DNA from: a virus
Taxonomy: Duplodnaviria; Caudoviricetes
DNA length: 26,179 nucleotides
Direction: 5' to 3' (one strand)
IMG/VR virus record: IMGVR_UViG_3300032234_000278
Span: 1 to 26,179 of that record
The notes beneath the pieces were generated by a model. It ran no database searches and was not told where the DNA came from. It saw only the letters and a program-made list of their open reading frames with translations. Position numbers and translations under genes: made by a program. Shown piece by piece: positions 16,728-25,102 of the stretch. How positions within the stretch are numbered: position 1 is the stretch's first letter; every line of letters starts with the position of its first letter.

Positions 16728-16895
16728 ATGGGATTTTTTAAAACCATACACTTGGAAATTTTAGAGTGGCGTGATCGTGGACGTAGTATTGAAGATACCT
16801 ATATCCACTTCAAAGACTACATCGAAATGGAAGACCTTGTGAAAATTTTTGAAGAAGAATTTGACATTGATCCGCAAGAAGCAGATGCTGTTTGA
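16728..16895 (+). CDS. Small acidic protein (55 aa) missing from the ORF track
   Basis: AGGAG SD at 16717-16721; MGFFKTIHLEILEWRDRGRSIEDTYIHFKDYIEMEDLVKIFEEEFDIDPQEADAV*. Confidence 0.7.
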   Translation: MGFFKTIHLEILEWRDRGRSIEDTYIHFKDYIEMEDLVKIFEEEFDIDPQEADAV

Positions 16896-16920
16896 CCATT
16901 AATTCAATTAATTGTACAAT
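16892..16920 (+). promoter_or_regulatory. Early sigma70-type promoter P3
   Basis: TTGACC-17nt-TACAAT. Confidence 0.75.
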
Positions 16921-16949
16921 ACAAAGACCATCAACAAAAGGAGTATTTT

Positions 16950-18050
16950 ATGTCCGTGACTGAAAACCGTAGTGTTACCCCAAGTGAAGCCCGTAGCCGT
17001 GTGCTTCGTGCATTTAAAGCCAAACGTCCCGTGTTCCTGTGGGGTCCTCCGGGCATTGGCAAATCTGAATTGATTGCTGGCGTTACCGAAGATCTCGGTG
17101 GCCATATGATTGACTTGCGTCTAGGTCAATGTGAGCCCACAGACATTCGTGGTATCCCATTCTTTAACAAGAACAAAGAAGTTATGGACTGGGCGCCACC
17201 CGTTGACTTGCCTAGCGAAGAACTTGCAAGCCAGTATCCTGTTGTAGTATTGTTCTTGGATGAAATGAACTCAGCACCTCCTGCTGTACAGGCCGCTGGT
17301 TATCAGCTGATTCTTAACCGTCGTGTGGGTAAGTATAAACTGCCCGACAATGTGGTAATCGTTGCCGCAGGTAACCGCGAAAGCGACAAAGGTGTTACAT
17401 ATCGTATGCCTAGTCCGCTGGCTAACCGTTTCGTTCACTTGGAAGTTCGTGCAGACTTCGAGTCTTGGTTCCAGTGGGCCGTTAACAATCAAATCCACCA
17501 GGACGTGGTTGGTTTCTTGAGCTTTAGCAAGCAAGACTTAATGGAGTTCAATCCTGTTAGTGCAAGCCGAGCCTTTGCTACTCCACGCTCATGGACTTTC
17601 GTTTCGCAGTTCTTGAACGACGAAGATGCTACTGATGCAGAGCTTACAGATTTGATTTCTGGTACTGTGGGCGAAGGCCTTGCTGTTAAGTTTATGGCAC
17701 ACCGTAAGGTTGCTGGTCAAATGCCCGACCCTAGCAAAGTGCTGAAAGGCGAAGTAAAAGAGCTCAAGGTTAAAGAAATCTCTGCCATGTACTCGCTTAC
17801 TATCAGCATGTGCTACGAGCTTCAAGAACAGTACAAGAAGCTGGGCAAAGAGAAGATCTCTGAGTGGCATGCTCAAGCAGACAACTTCCTTCGCTTTATG
17901 ATGGATAACTTTACCACTGAGCTGGTTGTTATGGGTGCTCGTGTTGCTCTTACTACTTACAACCTGCCAATGGTTCCAGGTAAAATGAAGAGCTTTGACG
18001 AATTCCACAGCCGCTTTGGTAAGTACATTATCGCGGCAAGCGGTAAGTAA
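16950..18050 (+). CDS. MoxR/dynein-related AAA+ ATPase
   Basis: Walker A GPPGIGKS, Walker B LFLDEMN, AAGNR sensor I, PLANRF arginine finger, TPRSW sensor II. Confidence 0.9.
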   Translation: MSVTENRSVTPSEARSRVLRAFKAKRPVFLWGPPGIGKSELIAGVTEDLGGHMIDLRLGQCEPTDIRGIPFFNKNKEVMDWAPPVDLPSEELASQYPVVVLFLDEMNSAPPAVQAAGYQLILNRRVGKYKLPDNVVIVAAGNRESDKGVTYRMPSPLANRFVHLEVRADFESWFQWAVNNQIHQDVVGFLSFSKQDLMEFNPVSASRAFATPRSWTFVSQFLNDEDATDAELTDLISGTVGEGLAVKFMAHRKVAGQMPDPSKVLKGEVKELKVKEISAMYSLTISMCYELQEQYKKLGKEKISEWHAQADNFLRFMMDNFTTELVVMGARVALTTYNLPMVPGKMKSFDEFHSRFGKYIIAASGK

Positions 18051-18070
18051 AGAGTTCGCTAGTCACGGAC

Positions 18071-18106
18071 AGGAGGCTGGTAGCAATACCATAAGTCCTC
18101 CTTTTT
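18071..18106 (+). terminator. Probable intrinsic terminator with a GCAA-capped inner stem
   Basis: AGGAGG/CCTCCT outer stem, TGGTA-GCAA-TACCA inner hairpin, then a T-run. Confidence 0.6.
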
Positions 18107-18109
18107 ATT

Positions 18110-18397
18110 ATGAAAATAACCGAACTTGACAAACGACATACCGGCAATGACAAATACAAGTATCATGTTGAGCCACAGCTCAGACTAGGAAATGTACAAC
18201 TTTTCCACACTTGGCGAGCATGGTGCTGGGAATCATTTGGTCCAGGTATTGAATTGCGATTTGCCATAGACGATCAGTTGGTGCTTAGTGTGCTACCAAT
18301 TGAATTACCTACTACTTGGGCATGGCAAACTGAGTTTGGTCATAAAAGGCTGTATTTTAAAGACGATGCTACACTATCCGCCTTTATATTCCAATGA
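18110..18397 (+). CDS. Hypothetical phage protein
   Basis: Fills the space between terminator and promoter P4; RAWCWESFGP...RLYFKDD pattern. Confidence 0.65.
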   Translation: MKITELDKRHTGNDKYKYHVEPQLRLGNVQLFHTWRAWCWESFGPGIELRFAIDDQLVLSVLPIELPTTWAWQTEFGHKRLYFKDDATLSAFIFQ

Positions 18398-18416
18398 AAA
18401 CGCAATTAGGCCAAAC

Positions 18417-18445
18417 TTGACCAATAATTCAATTAAATGTATAAT
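18417..18445 (+). promoter_or_regulatory. Early sigma70-type promoter P4
   Basis: TTGACC-17nt-TATAAT. Confidence 0.8.
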
Positions 18446-18470
18446 ATAAGAATAGTAAAAGGAGTATGCA

Positions 18471-19712
18471 ATGACTGTAATTGAACAAACTAAACCCAAG
18501 ACAGATCCCAAAGTAGATGCCGCGGCACGTGAAAAACTAATCACTGCTCGTATCGGACTTTTGCTCCGTGCTCCTTTCTTTGGTAACCTTGCTACCCGCA
18601 TGCAACTGGTTAATGGCGACGATTGGTTGCCTACTGCCGCTACAGACGGACGCCGTTTTTACTACAATTCAGAATTCGTTAACAAGATGCCACTCAAGCA
18701 AGTGGAGTTCCTTGTCGGACACGAAGTGCTTCATGCAGTCTACGATCACATGGGCCGTCGTGGTGATCGCGATCCTAAAATTTGGAACATTGCCGACGAC
18801 TTTTGCGTTAATGCAGATTTGATTGAACAGCGTATCGGCGAAAAGATTACTGTATGCGGTGTGCTGTACGATCCAAAATATCGTGGCATGAGTGCAGAAG
18901 AAGTCTACGAACATCTAATGCAAAATGCTGACAAGATCAATATCGAGCAGTTGGCTCAACAATTGTTGGACGAGCACTTGGATGGCGAAGGTGAAGGTGA
19001 AGGTGAAGGCGACAAAGATGGCAAGGGCCGTCCCAAACTCAGCGAAGAAGAAAAACGTCAGATTCGTGACGAGATCAAAGAAGCTGTACTCAATGCCGCA
19101 CAGGTCGTAGGTGCAGGTAACTTGCCCGCAGGTGTTAAGCGTCTTGTTAAAGATCTTACACAACCGCAGATTGGCTGGAAAGAACTGTTGGAACAACAGA
19201 TCCAAAGCACTATTAAGAGCGACTTTACTTGGGCTCGTCCTAGCCGTAGAGGCTGGCACATGGATGCTATTTTGCCCGGTATGAAGCCCGGCGAAACCAT
19301 TGATGTGGCTGTGTCAATTGACCAATCTGGTTCTATCACCAGTCAAGACAGCAAGGCATTCTTGAGTGAAATCCGCGGCATTATGGAATCATATGACGAG
19401 TACAATATTCGCCTATGGTGCTTTGATACAGAGATCTATAACGATCAAACTTTTAATAGCGATAACATGCGTAGTATCGAAGAGTACGAGCCAATGGGTG
19501 GTGGCGGCACGGACTTTATGGCTAACTGGGAATACATGAAAGCCAATGGCATTGAACCTAAGAAGTTCATTATGTTCACTGACGGTATGCCATGTGGTGA
19601 GTGGGGAGATGAGAACTACTGTGACACAGTATGGATCATTAAAGGTAACCCAGGTTGCGAACCACCATGGGGTATTTGGGCTCACTACGAAGAAGAGGCT
19701 AAGAAACGATGA
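18471..19712 (+). CDS. HExxH metallopeptidase-like plus vWA domain protein (DUF2201-like)
   Basis: TAATDG, HEVLH...H, W..PSRR, MIDAS DQSGS, GGGGTDF and FTDG. Confidence 0.87.
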   Translation: MTVIEQTKPKTDPKVDAAAREKLITARIGLLLRAPFFGNLATRMQLVNGDDWLPTAATDGRRFYYNSEFVNKMPLKQVEFLVGHEVLHAVYDHMGRRGDRDPKIWNIADDFCVNADLIEQRIGEKITVCGVLYDPKYRGMSAEEVYEHLMQNADKINIEQLAQQLLDEHLDGEGEGEGEGDKDGKGRPKLSEEEKRQIRDEIKEAVLNAAQVVGAGNLPAGVKRLVKDLTQPQIGWKELLEQQIQSTIKSDFTWARPSRRGWHMDAILPGMKPGETIDVAVSIDQSGSITSQDSKAFLSEIRGIMESYDEYNIRLWCFDTEIYNDQTFNSDNMRSIEEYEPMGGGGTDFMANWEYMKANGIEPKKFIMFTDGMPCGEWGDENYCDTVWIIKGNPGCEPPWGIWAHYEEEAKKR

Positions 19713-19933
19713 AATTTTTACAAGTGTGCGGTTATGTAGTTTTGTGCGGTGTTGCAGTAGGCTTGTCTATTGGACTAGTTATACTAGGCAACCGGATTCC
19801 AGATGTACTAAATCCTAGTCCGCGTACTGTTAGAATTGATTGTAGTATTGCAGAAGTTAGCCCAGACATTCCAGTTTGGGCCAAAGAAGAATGCCGTAAG
19901 GCAAGAATGGGGCAATTAAAAAATGGCAACTAA
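19709..19933 (+). CDS. Small membrane-anchored protein
   Basis: N-terminal TM helix; DCSIAEVSPDIP..AKEECRK; ATGA coupling. Confidence 0.68.
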   Translation: MKFLQVCGYVVLCGVAVGLSIGLVILGNRIPDVLNPSPRTVRIDCSIAEVSPDIPVWAKEECRKARMGQLKNGN

Positions 19934-20954
19934 AAAAGAAAAAGACGAACTGTTAGCAACTTTAAAGTTTACACCACGCACCTATCAAATTTATATTGGC
20001 GGTTATGGTGGCGAAGCCTATGCTGGTAAAGTAGATCGTGCTACTTACGATTACTTCAAGCAAAAGCGGATCGACATTGAGCAGTATGCCACAGATTGGG
20101 GTGACTTGTTTGGCGATGTTCCACGTGAACTACAACCATACAGTCCTGGTAGCCCTTACGATTGCGATGGCTTGTTTCATGCATCAGGTGCAGAGTTATC
20201 TAACTTGAATGAAATCGTTGTCAATGACGAGCATGGCAACGAGCATTGGACCTGTGCCGCAGGACTCAATGAATTAGAAGATGCTGGTGTCACTGTGAAC
20301 GAACACGGTGGTTGCGACTTTGATGACTTGCCGGAAGATACTGTAGTACACTGGGGCGGTCAAGGCGAGAAGGGTACATTCTTTGATGGCGAGATTGAAC
20401 TAACGCAACCATTTGATCCAAAGAAACTTACTGTTAATTACGAAAACTGTGATGGCTGGTGGATCATCAACTATGTTGAATACGATGGTGTTGAAATCGA
20501 TGGCTCGGGCGGGTACAGTACCACAGGCAAGTGGAACGAAAACAAGTGGGTACTTTGCAATGGTGAAGAAGTATACCAAGGCCAAGAGCGAAGCGAGGAT
20601 GACGACGAGGACGAGGAAGATGAAGAGTGGGATCCGGCAACGGATGGTGTAGCGGCTCTTGAACAAGCTGTAGGAGAATTACAAGAGCAATTTGGTAGTA
20701 CCGACGACGAATGGGACCCAGCCGCAGAGCTTGATAAAATTATTGAAGAACACTTACTAACAGAATGGTTCCCTGTAGACGTTAAACCTGTGCATAAAGG
20801 CACATACGAATGCGAACTGCTTATTGCTACCTGGCCTTGGCCCGCTATTAATCGTTATGAATGGTCTGGTCGTGCGTGGAAAGATTCAGAAGGCAAAACA
20901 GTTAAAGGAATTAAACAATGGCGTGGTTTAAAAGAGGAATTTAAAGATGAGTAA
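19923..20954 (+). CDS. Highly acidic hypothetical protein
   Basis: Long ORF rich in D/E with a poly-D/E linker and a C-terminal TEWFP...KPVHKG.YE domain. Confidence 0.8.
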   Translation: MATKKEKDELLATLKFTPRTYQIYIGGYGGEAYAGKVDRATYDYFKQKRIDIEQYATDWGDLFGDVPRELQPYSPGSPYDCDGLFHASGAELSNLNEIVVNDEHGNEHWTCAAGLNELEDAGVTVNEHGGCDFDDLPEDTVVHWGGQGEKGTFFDGEIELTQPFDPKKLTVNYENCDGWWIINYVEYDGVEIDGSGGYSTTGKWNENKWVLCNGEEVYQGQERSEDDDEDEEDEEWDPATDGVAALEQAVGELQEQFGSTDDEWDPAAELDKIIEEHLLTEWFPVDVKPVHKGTYECELLIATWPWPAINRYEWSGRAWKDSEGKTVKGIKQWRGLKEEFKDE

Positions 20955-21243
20955 TACTGCTGTTAATGAAAAAGACTTGCCGGCTATTCCTGAGCCGACT
21001 TATGTAAATGCACCTGCTACTGTTGAAGAAGCTGTACAGCGTTTACTCCAAGTTGAGATGCTGTTAGAGGATCTTAGCCGTGCTGTTGAGATTGCACAAA
21101 TTACAGGACAGTTTAATCTTGTAGAAGGCTTCCGAAATAGTGCCGACGAGTATCTTAAAAATAAAGTTCAAATTGAACAACCTGACATGGGTGAGTTTAA
21201 AGTTACCATTGTAACCAACGACAAAGAAGATGCTAAAGCATAA
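20947..21243 (+). CDS. Hypothetical protein
   Basis: GAGGA SD; overlaps both neighbours. Confidence 0.7.
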   Translation: MSNTAVNEKDLPAIPEPTYVNAPATVEEAVQRLLQVEMLLEDLSRAVEIAQITGQFNLVEGFRNSADEYLKNKVQIEQPDMGEFKVTIVTNDKEDAKA

Positions 21244-21517
21244 CGAAGCAAATCCATTAAATGTATTTCAATTGCGGAGGGTAGAACATTGCCCCCCGCA
21301 TTTTACTTCTATTAAATTTAGTTTACGCACCAACGAAAAAAATATCACTGATTGGATTTGGGAAAACCTCAGTGGCAGATTTTTTCTCGGTGACGATTAC
21401 ACCGAAAACGAGCACGGGCACTTACAGTTTGACAAGGTTGCTAGTTTCGAAATACCCGGTGAAGCCAGTTATTTTTCGTTAATTATTGATACTATAAATT
21501 CTCACCCAGAATGGTAA
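21230..21517 (+). CDS. Conserved hypothetical phage protein
   Basis: NPLNVF..RR...CPPHF...WIWENL.GRF...FE.PGEASYF. Confidence 0.75.
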   Translation: MLKHNEANPLNVFQLRRVEHCPPHFTSIKFSLRTNEKNITDWIWENLSGRFFLGDDYTENEHGHLQFDKVASFEIPGEASYFSLIIDTINSHPEW

Positions 21518-21523
21518 GAAAAT

Positions 21524-21573
21524 TTTTCCACAGATTAACTATGCTGTAAATAACTATAGTTAATTGTGGAGAA
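21524..21573 (+). promoter_or_regulatory. RBS-sequestering hairpin with a TAAATA late-promoter box in its loop
   Basis: CCACA-g-ATTAACTAT (21528-21542) pairs with ATAGTTAAT-TGTGG (21556-21569). Loop contains TAAATA (21547-21552); the 3' arm overlaps the GGAG SD. Confidence 0.65.
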
Positions 21574-21578
21574 CAACA

Positions 21579-21815
21579 ATGTCAGAAGTATCAAATACAA
21601 CACCTCAACCAGAAACTCAGATGCCAGGCTTAAGCCTGCAAGACTTGCTTCTTGTAGTTCAAACTATTCAAGTAGTAAGCCAACGCGGTGCTATCCGTGC
21701 AGATGAGATGGAAACAGTTGGTGGTGTTTATACACGCCTAGTAGCATTTTTACAAGCTAGTGGTGCACTAAAAACAGCAGAACAAGATCAAGAGCCTGCT
21801 GAAAAAGGAGAATAA
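21579..21815 (+). CDS. Hypothetical phage protein
   Basis: ATG 21579 lies 7 nt after the GGAG SD; LSLQDL...SQRGA.RA.EM..VG.VY.RL. Confidence 0.75.
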   Translation: MSEVSNTTPQPETQMPGLSLQDLLLVVQTIQVVSQRGAIRADEMETVGGVYTRLVAFLQASGALKTAEQDQEPAEKGE

Positions 21816-21817
21816 CT

Positions 21818-22468
21818 ATGATCAAGCACGTCGGAAAGCACAATAACCGCAAAATTGTTATTGTCTATAGACAAGTACCAGGGGAAGACCATATGTCGTT
21901 GATTACATACAGCGACGTATTGCCAAGATTAGTTCACGACGAACTAATGAAATGTGTTGAAGGCGTGGTTGCACAAAACACCAAAGATGTTGCGGATGTA
22001 TTATTCCGTACACTAATGGGCAACGGGGAAGGCATTTTGCAAAGTCTACACGCAAATGGTTGGTTAAAGAAAGTTCCGTGTAATCAAGTTATCGTTACAC
22101 CAACTGTTAACGCAAGTATTCGATTAGACGAATTAAACAAGATGCTTACCGAAATGGAGCAAGGCGAAGAGGCTGTTAAAAAATTAGCTGACTTAGATGC
22201 ACAACGCGGTATGAGAGGTAATGCAGAGAAAGATTTATTTGCACCACCAAACAGCCGAGCCGGTGCTGTAGATGTGCCTGCCGATGCAGGTGTTCTGACA
22301 GATGCAGATTTAGCGAACCAACGCTTAAATCAAGCCGCTGACATGAAACGTCAAGCAGAACAATTATTAGCCGAAGCAAAAAGACTAGAACAAGAAGCTA
22401 AGGAACTTGCACCTAAAAATGTCAGAACTACCAAAAAAACCACGACAAAGAAAAAGCAAACGGCTTAA
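21818..22468 (+). CDS. Conserved hypothetical phage protein with a coiled-coil C-terminus
   Basis: AGGAG SD; MIKHVG...LH..GWLKKVP...V..TP...I.LDELN. Confidence 0.8.
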   Translation: MIKHVGKHNNRKIVIVYRQVPGEDHMSLITYSDVLPRLVHDELMKCVEGVVAQNTKDVADVLFRTLMGNGEGILQSLHANGWLKKVPCNQVIVTPTVNASIRLDELNKMLTEMEQGEEAVKKLADLDAQRGMRGNAEKDLFAPPNSRAGAVDVPADAGVLTDADLANQRLNQAADMKRQAEQLLAEAKRLEQEAKELAPKNVRTTKKTTTKKKQTA

Positions 22469-22760
22469 TTTAAATAAGAAGTCACAATGGGAACGATTGT
22501 TAAAAGAAGTTAAAAAAGAACAAGTTCCCATTACTTGCTTAGAATCAATTTGTGTTAATTTAAAAGATGGTACCAGTGTTAATGTAGATATCAAACAGCT
22601 ATTAGCTGAAGGACATGACCCAGATGCTCTGGAACAAGAGATTAACCAAAAACTTGAAGCACTAGACGACATTATCGACGATGTCGACTTTTACATCAGT
22701 GTTGAATCTGTAGCTAAAACAGTTCAACCAATCACAGACAATTTACTTAAAGATTTATGA
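22419..22760 (+). CDS. Hypothetical phage protein
   Basis: ATG 22419 preferred over TTG 22407; ATGA-coupled to DHFR. Confidence 0.7.
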   Translation: MSELPKKPRQRKSKRLNLNKKSQWERLLKEVKKEQVPITCLESICVNLKDGTSVNVDIKQLLAEGHDPDALEQEINQKLEALDDIIDDVDFYISVESVAKTVQPITDNLLKDL

Positions 22761-23263
22761 TAAATGCTATATTCGCCGTAGACCACTACGGCGGTATGGG
22801 TTTCAATGGCACATTGCCTTGGCCTCATAACGCCGAAGATATGGCTAACTTTAAACGACTCACAGAAGGTCATGTGGTTGTTATGGGTCGCAAAACATGG
22901 CAAGACCCCAAAATGCCTAAACCTTTACCCGGACGTACTACCTATGTATTCAGCAACAAGCCATTGGAACATGCTGTACACATATCGGGCGATGTAAACG
23001 AAGGCTTGCTTAAACTAGAAAAGCAACATCCAGATAAAATTATTTGGGTCATTGGCGGATCTAATTTATTGGAACAATGTTCTGGTATATTTGACAATTT
23101 ATACTTGACACACTTCAAAGGTTCGTATAAAGTAGATACTAAGCTAAACTTAAAAACATTCTTAATTGGTTGGCAACCAGTACGTGCTGATGTTGCCAAA
23201 GATTGTAGCTTTACACTAGTGAAATATGAAAACTTATTTAAACGCATTACGCCAGGTACTTGA
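22757..23263 (+). CDS. folA: Dihydrofolate reductase
   Basis: G..GTLPW...EDM..FK..T.GHVVVMGRKTW, PLPGR and WVIGG. Confidence 0.92.
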   Translation: MINAIFAVDHYGGMGFNGTLPWPHNAEDMANFKRLTEGHVVVMGRKTWQDPKMPKPLPGRTTYVFSNKPLEHAVHISGDVNEGLLKLEKQHPDKIIWVIGGSNLLEQCSGIFDNLYLTHFKGSYKVDTKLNLKTFLIGWQPVRADVAKDCSFTLVKYENLFKRITPGT

Positions 23264-24125
23264 ACAAGGCCAAGTAAAAGATGATCGTACTGGAGTTGGT
23301 ACCATTAGTTATTTTGGTATGCAACAACGTTACGATCTATCTAAATCATTCCCAGCAGTAACAACTAAAAAATTAGCATGGAAGGCCTGTGTAGGTGAAC
23401 TGCTATGGTTTATCGAAGGCTCCGGGGATGAGCGTAGACTTGCTGAATTAACACATGGCACCGCAGAAGGTAAAACAACTATCTGGACTCCGAATGCCCT
23501 GGCTTCTTACTGGAAGCCAAAGGCTAAATTTGAGGGAGACCTAGGCCGTGTATACGGAGTTCAGTGGCGCCATTGGAATCAGTATGTAGAACAAAAAGAT
23601 ATGGGTCCTGCACATTTAGGCGGAACTAGGGTAGCTTGCGACAAGCATGAAGTTGATCAACTATTAAATCTTATCAACGGAATTAAACAAGACCCGCATG
23701 GACGAAGACATATATTATCAGCATGGAATGTATCTGATTTAGACCAGATGGCACTCCCACCATGTCATATTTTAGCTCAGTTTTATGTAAGCAAAGACGG
23801 CCGACTAAGCTGTCAAATGTATCAAAGAAGTTGCGACATGTTTCTCGGAGTCCCATTTAATATCGCTAGCTACAGCCTACTAACGGCCATGATAGCTCAA
23901 GTGTGCGGCCTTCAGGTCGGTGAGTTCGTTCATGTACTCGGCGATGCACACATCTACTTGAATCATGTTGAACAGGTAAAAGAACAATTATCTCGTGAAC
24001 CATTACCTGAGCCAACTCTTTGGCTTAATCCAGACATTAAAGATATTACACAATTTACCATGGCAGATATTCGCTTGGACAATTATCAATCCCATGGTGC
24101 AATCAAAGCGGAGATGGCAGTTTGA
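23226..24125 (+). CDS. thyA: Thymidylate synthase
   Basis: DRTGVGT, ELLWF, MALPPCH, YQRSCDMFLGVPFNIASY and DAHIYLNH. Confidence 0.96.
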   Translation: MKTYLNALRQVLEQGQVKDDRTGVGTISYFGMQQRYDLSKSFPAVTTKKLAWKACVGELLWFIEGSGDERRLAELTHGTAEGKTTIWTPNALASYWKPKAKFEGDLGRVYGVQWRHWNQYVEQKDMGPAHLGGTRVACDKHEVDQLLNLINGIKQDPHGRRHILSAWNVSDLDQMALPPCHILAQFYVSKDGRLSCQMYQRSCDMFLGVPFNIASYSLLTAMIAQVCGLQVGEFVHVLGDAHIYLNHVEQVKEQLSREPLPEPTLWLNPDIKDITQFTMADIRLDNYQSHGAIKAEMAV

Positions 24126-25102
24126 AGTTTTTAGTAACAGGCGGTGCCGGCTTTATCGGACACAACGTAGTGCGTCTATTAGAAGCACAAGGTCACGAGT
24201 GTTTTATACTCGACAACGTAACAGACTACGGTTTTGTAAACCAGCAAGAACTTGAATATCTAAACAGCGAACGAAGATCGCGTATTCGTGCCGCTGTACA
24301 TCACATCGATCTGAGAGAACACAACAAAGTAAAAGATTTCTTTTTGAACTTTAGCTTTGGTGCAGATGCTGTTATACACCTAGCCAGCTTTCCTAGACAA
24401 AAAGTTGTTGGACAGAATCCGGTCTGGGGCAGTGAAGTTATGAGTACTGCACTAGTTAATCTATTAGAGTTATCTAAACAATATAAAATTCCAAAGTTTG
24501 TTTACATTAGTTCAAGTATGGTATACGGAGATTTTAACGATCAAGTAACCGAAGATGCTGTATGTACGCCACAAGGGCAGTATGGTATTATGAAACTAAT
24601 GGGCGAACATCTTGTTAAAGATTACACTCGCCGAGGGTGTTTCGATCATGTAATTATTCGTCCCAGTGCTGTCTACGGTGAATATGATGTAGAAGATCGA
24701 GTGGTTAGTAAGTTTATGCTAAGTGCCATGCGTGGCGAAACTCTTAAGGTCAACGGTGCAACCGAAACATTAGACTTCACATACGTTGAAGATGCTGCCG
24801 CAGGTATTGTAGGCGCCACGCTTAGTGAAAACGCTGTAAATAAGACCTATAACATTACAAAATCACACAGTTGGAGCTTGTTAGACGCCGCTAATTTAGC
24901 CGTCAGTATAGCAGGCTCAGGTTCTGTACAGGTTCGCGATAAAGATGCAGATTTTCCATCACGTGGTGCATTAAACATTGATGCCGCACGTAGAGATTTT
25001 GGTTACAATCCACAAGTTGACGTAGACGAAGGCTTTAAGAGATATTATGAATGGTTCCGAGATAGCATTTACTGGTCTTCAAAGACAGTACCAAAATCTT
25101 AA
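24122..25102 (+). CDS. NAD-dependent nucleotide-sugar epimerase/dehydratase
   Basis: VTGGAGFIG, ISSSMVYG, YGIMK and DFTYVED. TTGA-coupled to thyA. Confidence 0.87.
   Translation: MKFLVTGGAGFIGHNVVRLLEAQGHECFILDNVTDYGFVNQQELEYLNSERRSRIRAAVHHIDLREHNKVKDFFLNFSFGADAVIHLASFPRQKVVGQNPVWGSEVMSTALVNLLELSKQYKIPKFVYISSSMVYGDFNDQVTEDAVCTPQGQYGIMKLMGEHLVKDYTRRGCFDHVIIRPSAVYGEYDVEDRVVSKFMLSAMRGETLKVNGATETLDFTYVEDAAAGIVGATLSENAVNKTYNITKSHSWSLLDAANLAVSIAGSGSVQVRDKDADFPSRGALNIDAARRDFGYNPQVDVDEGFKRYYEWFRDSIYWSSKTVPKS

Noticed and set aside
18987-19010. (GAAGGT)n tandem repeat
   Set aside because: In-frame, encodes an EG low-complexity linker between domains; no sign of phase variation.
23226-24125. thyA as a dCMP hydroxymethylase for base modification
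   Set aside because: It keeps the dUMP-specifying Asn in GVPFNIASY and sits next to DHFR, as expected for a canonical thymidylate synthase.
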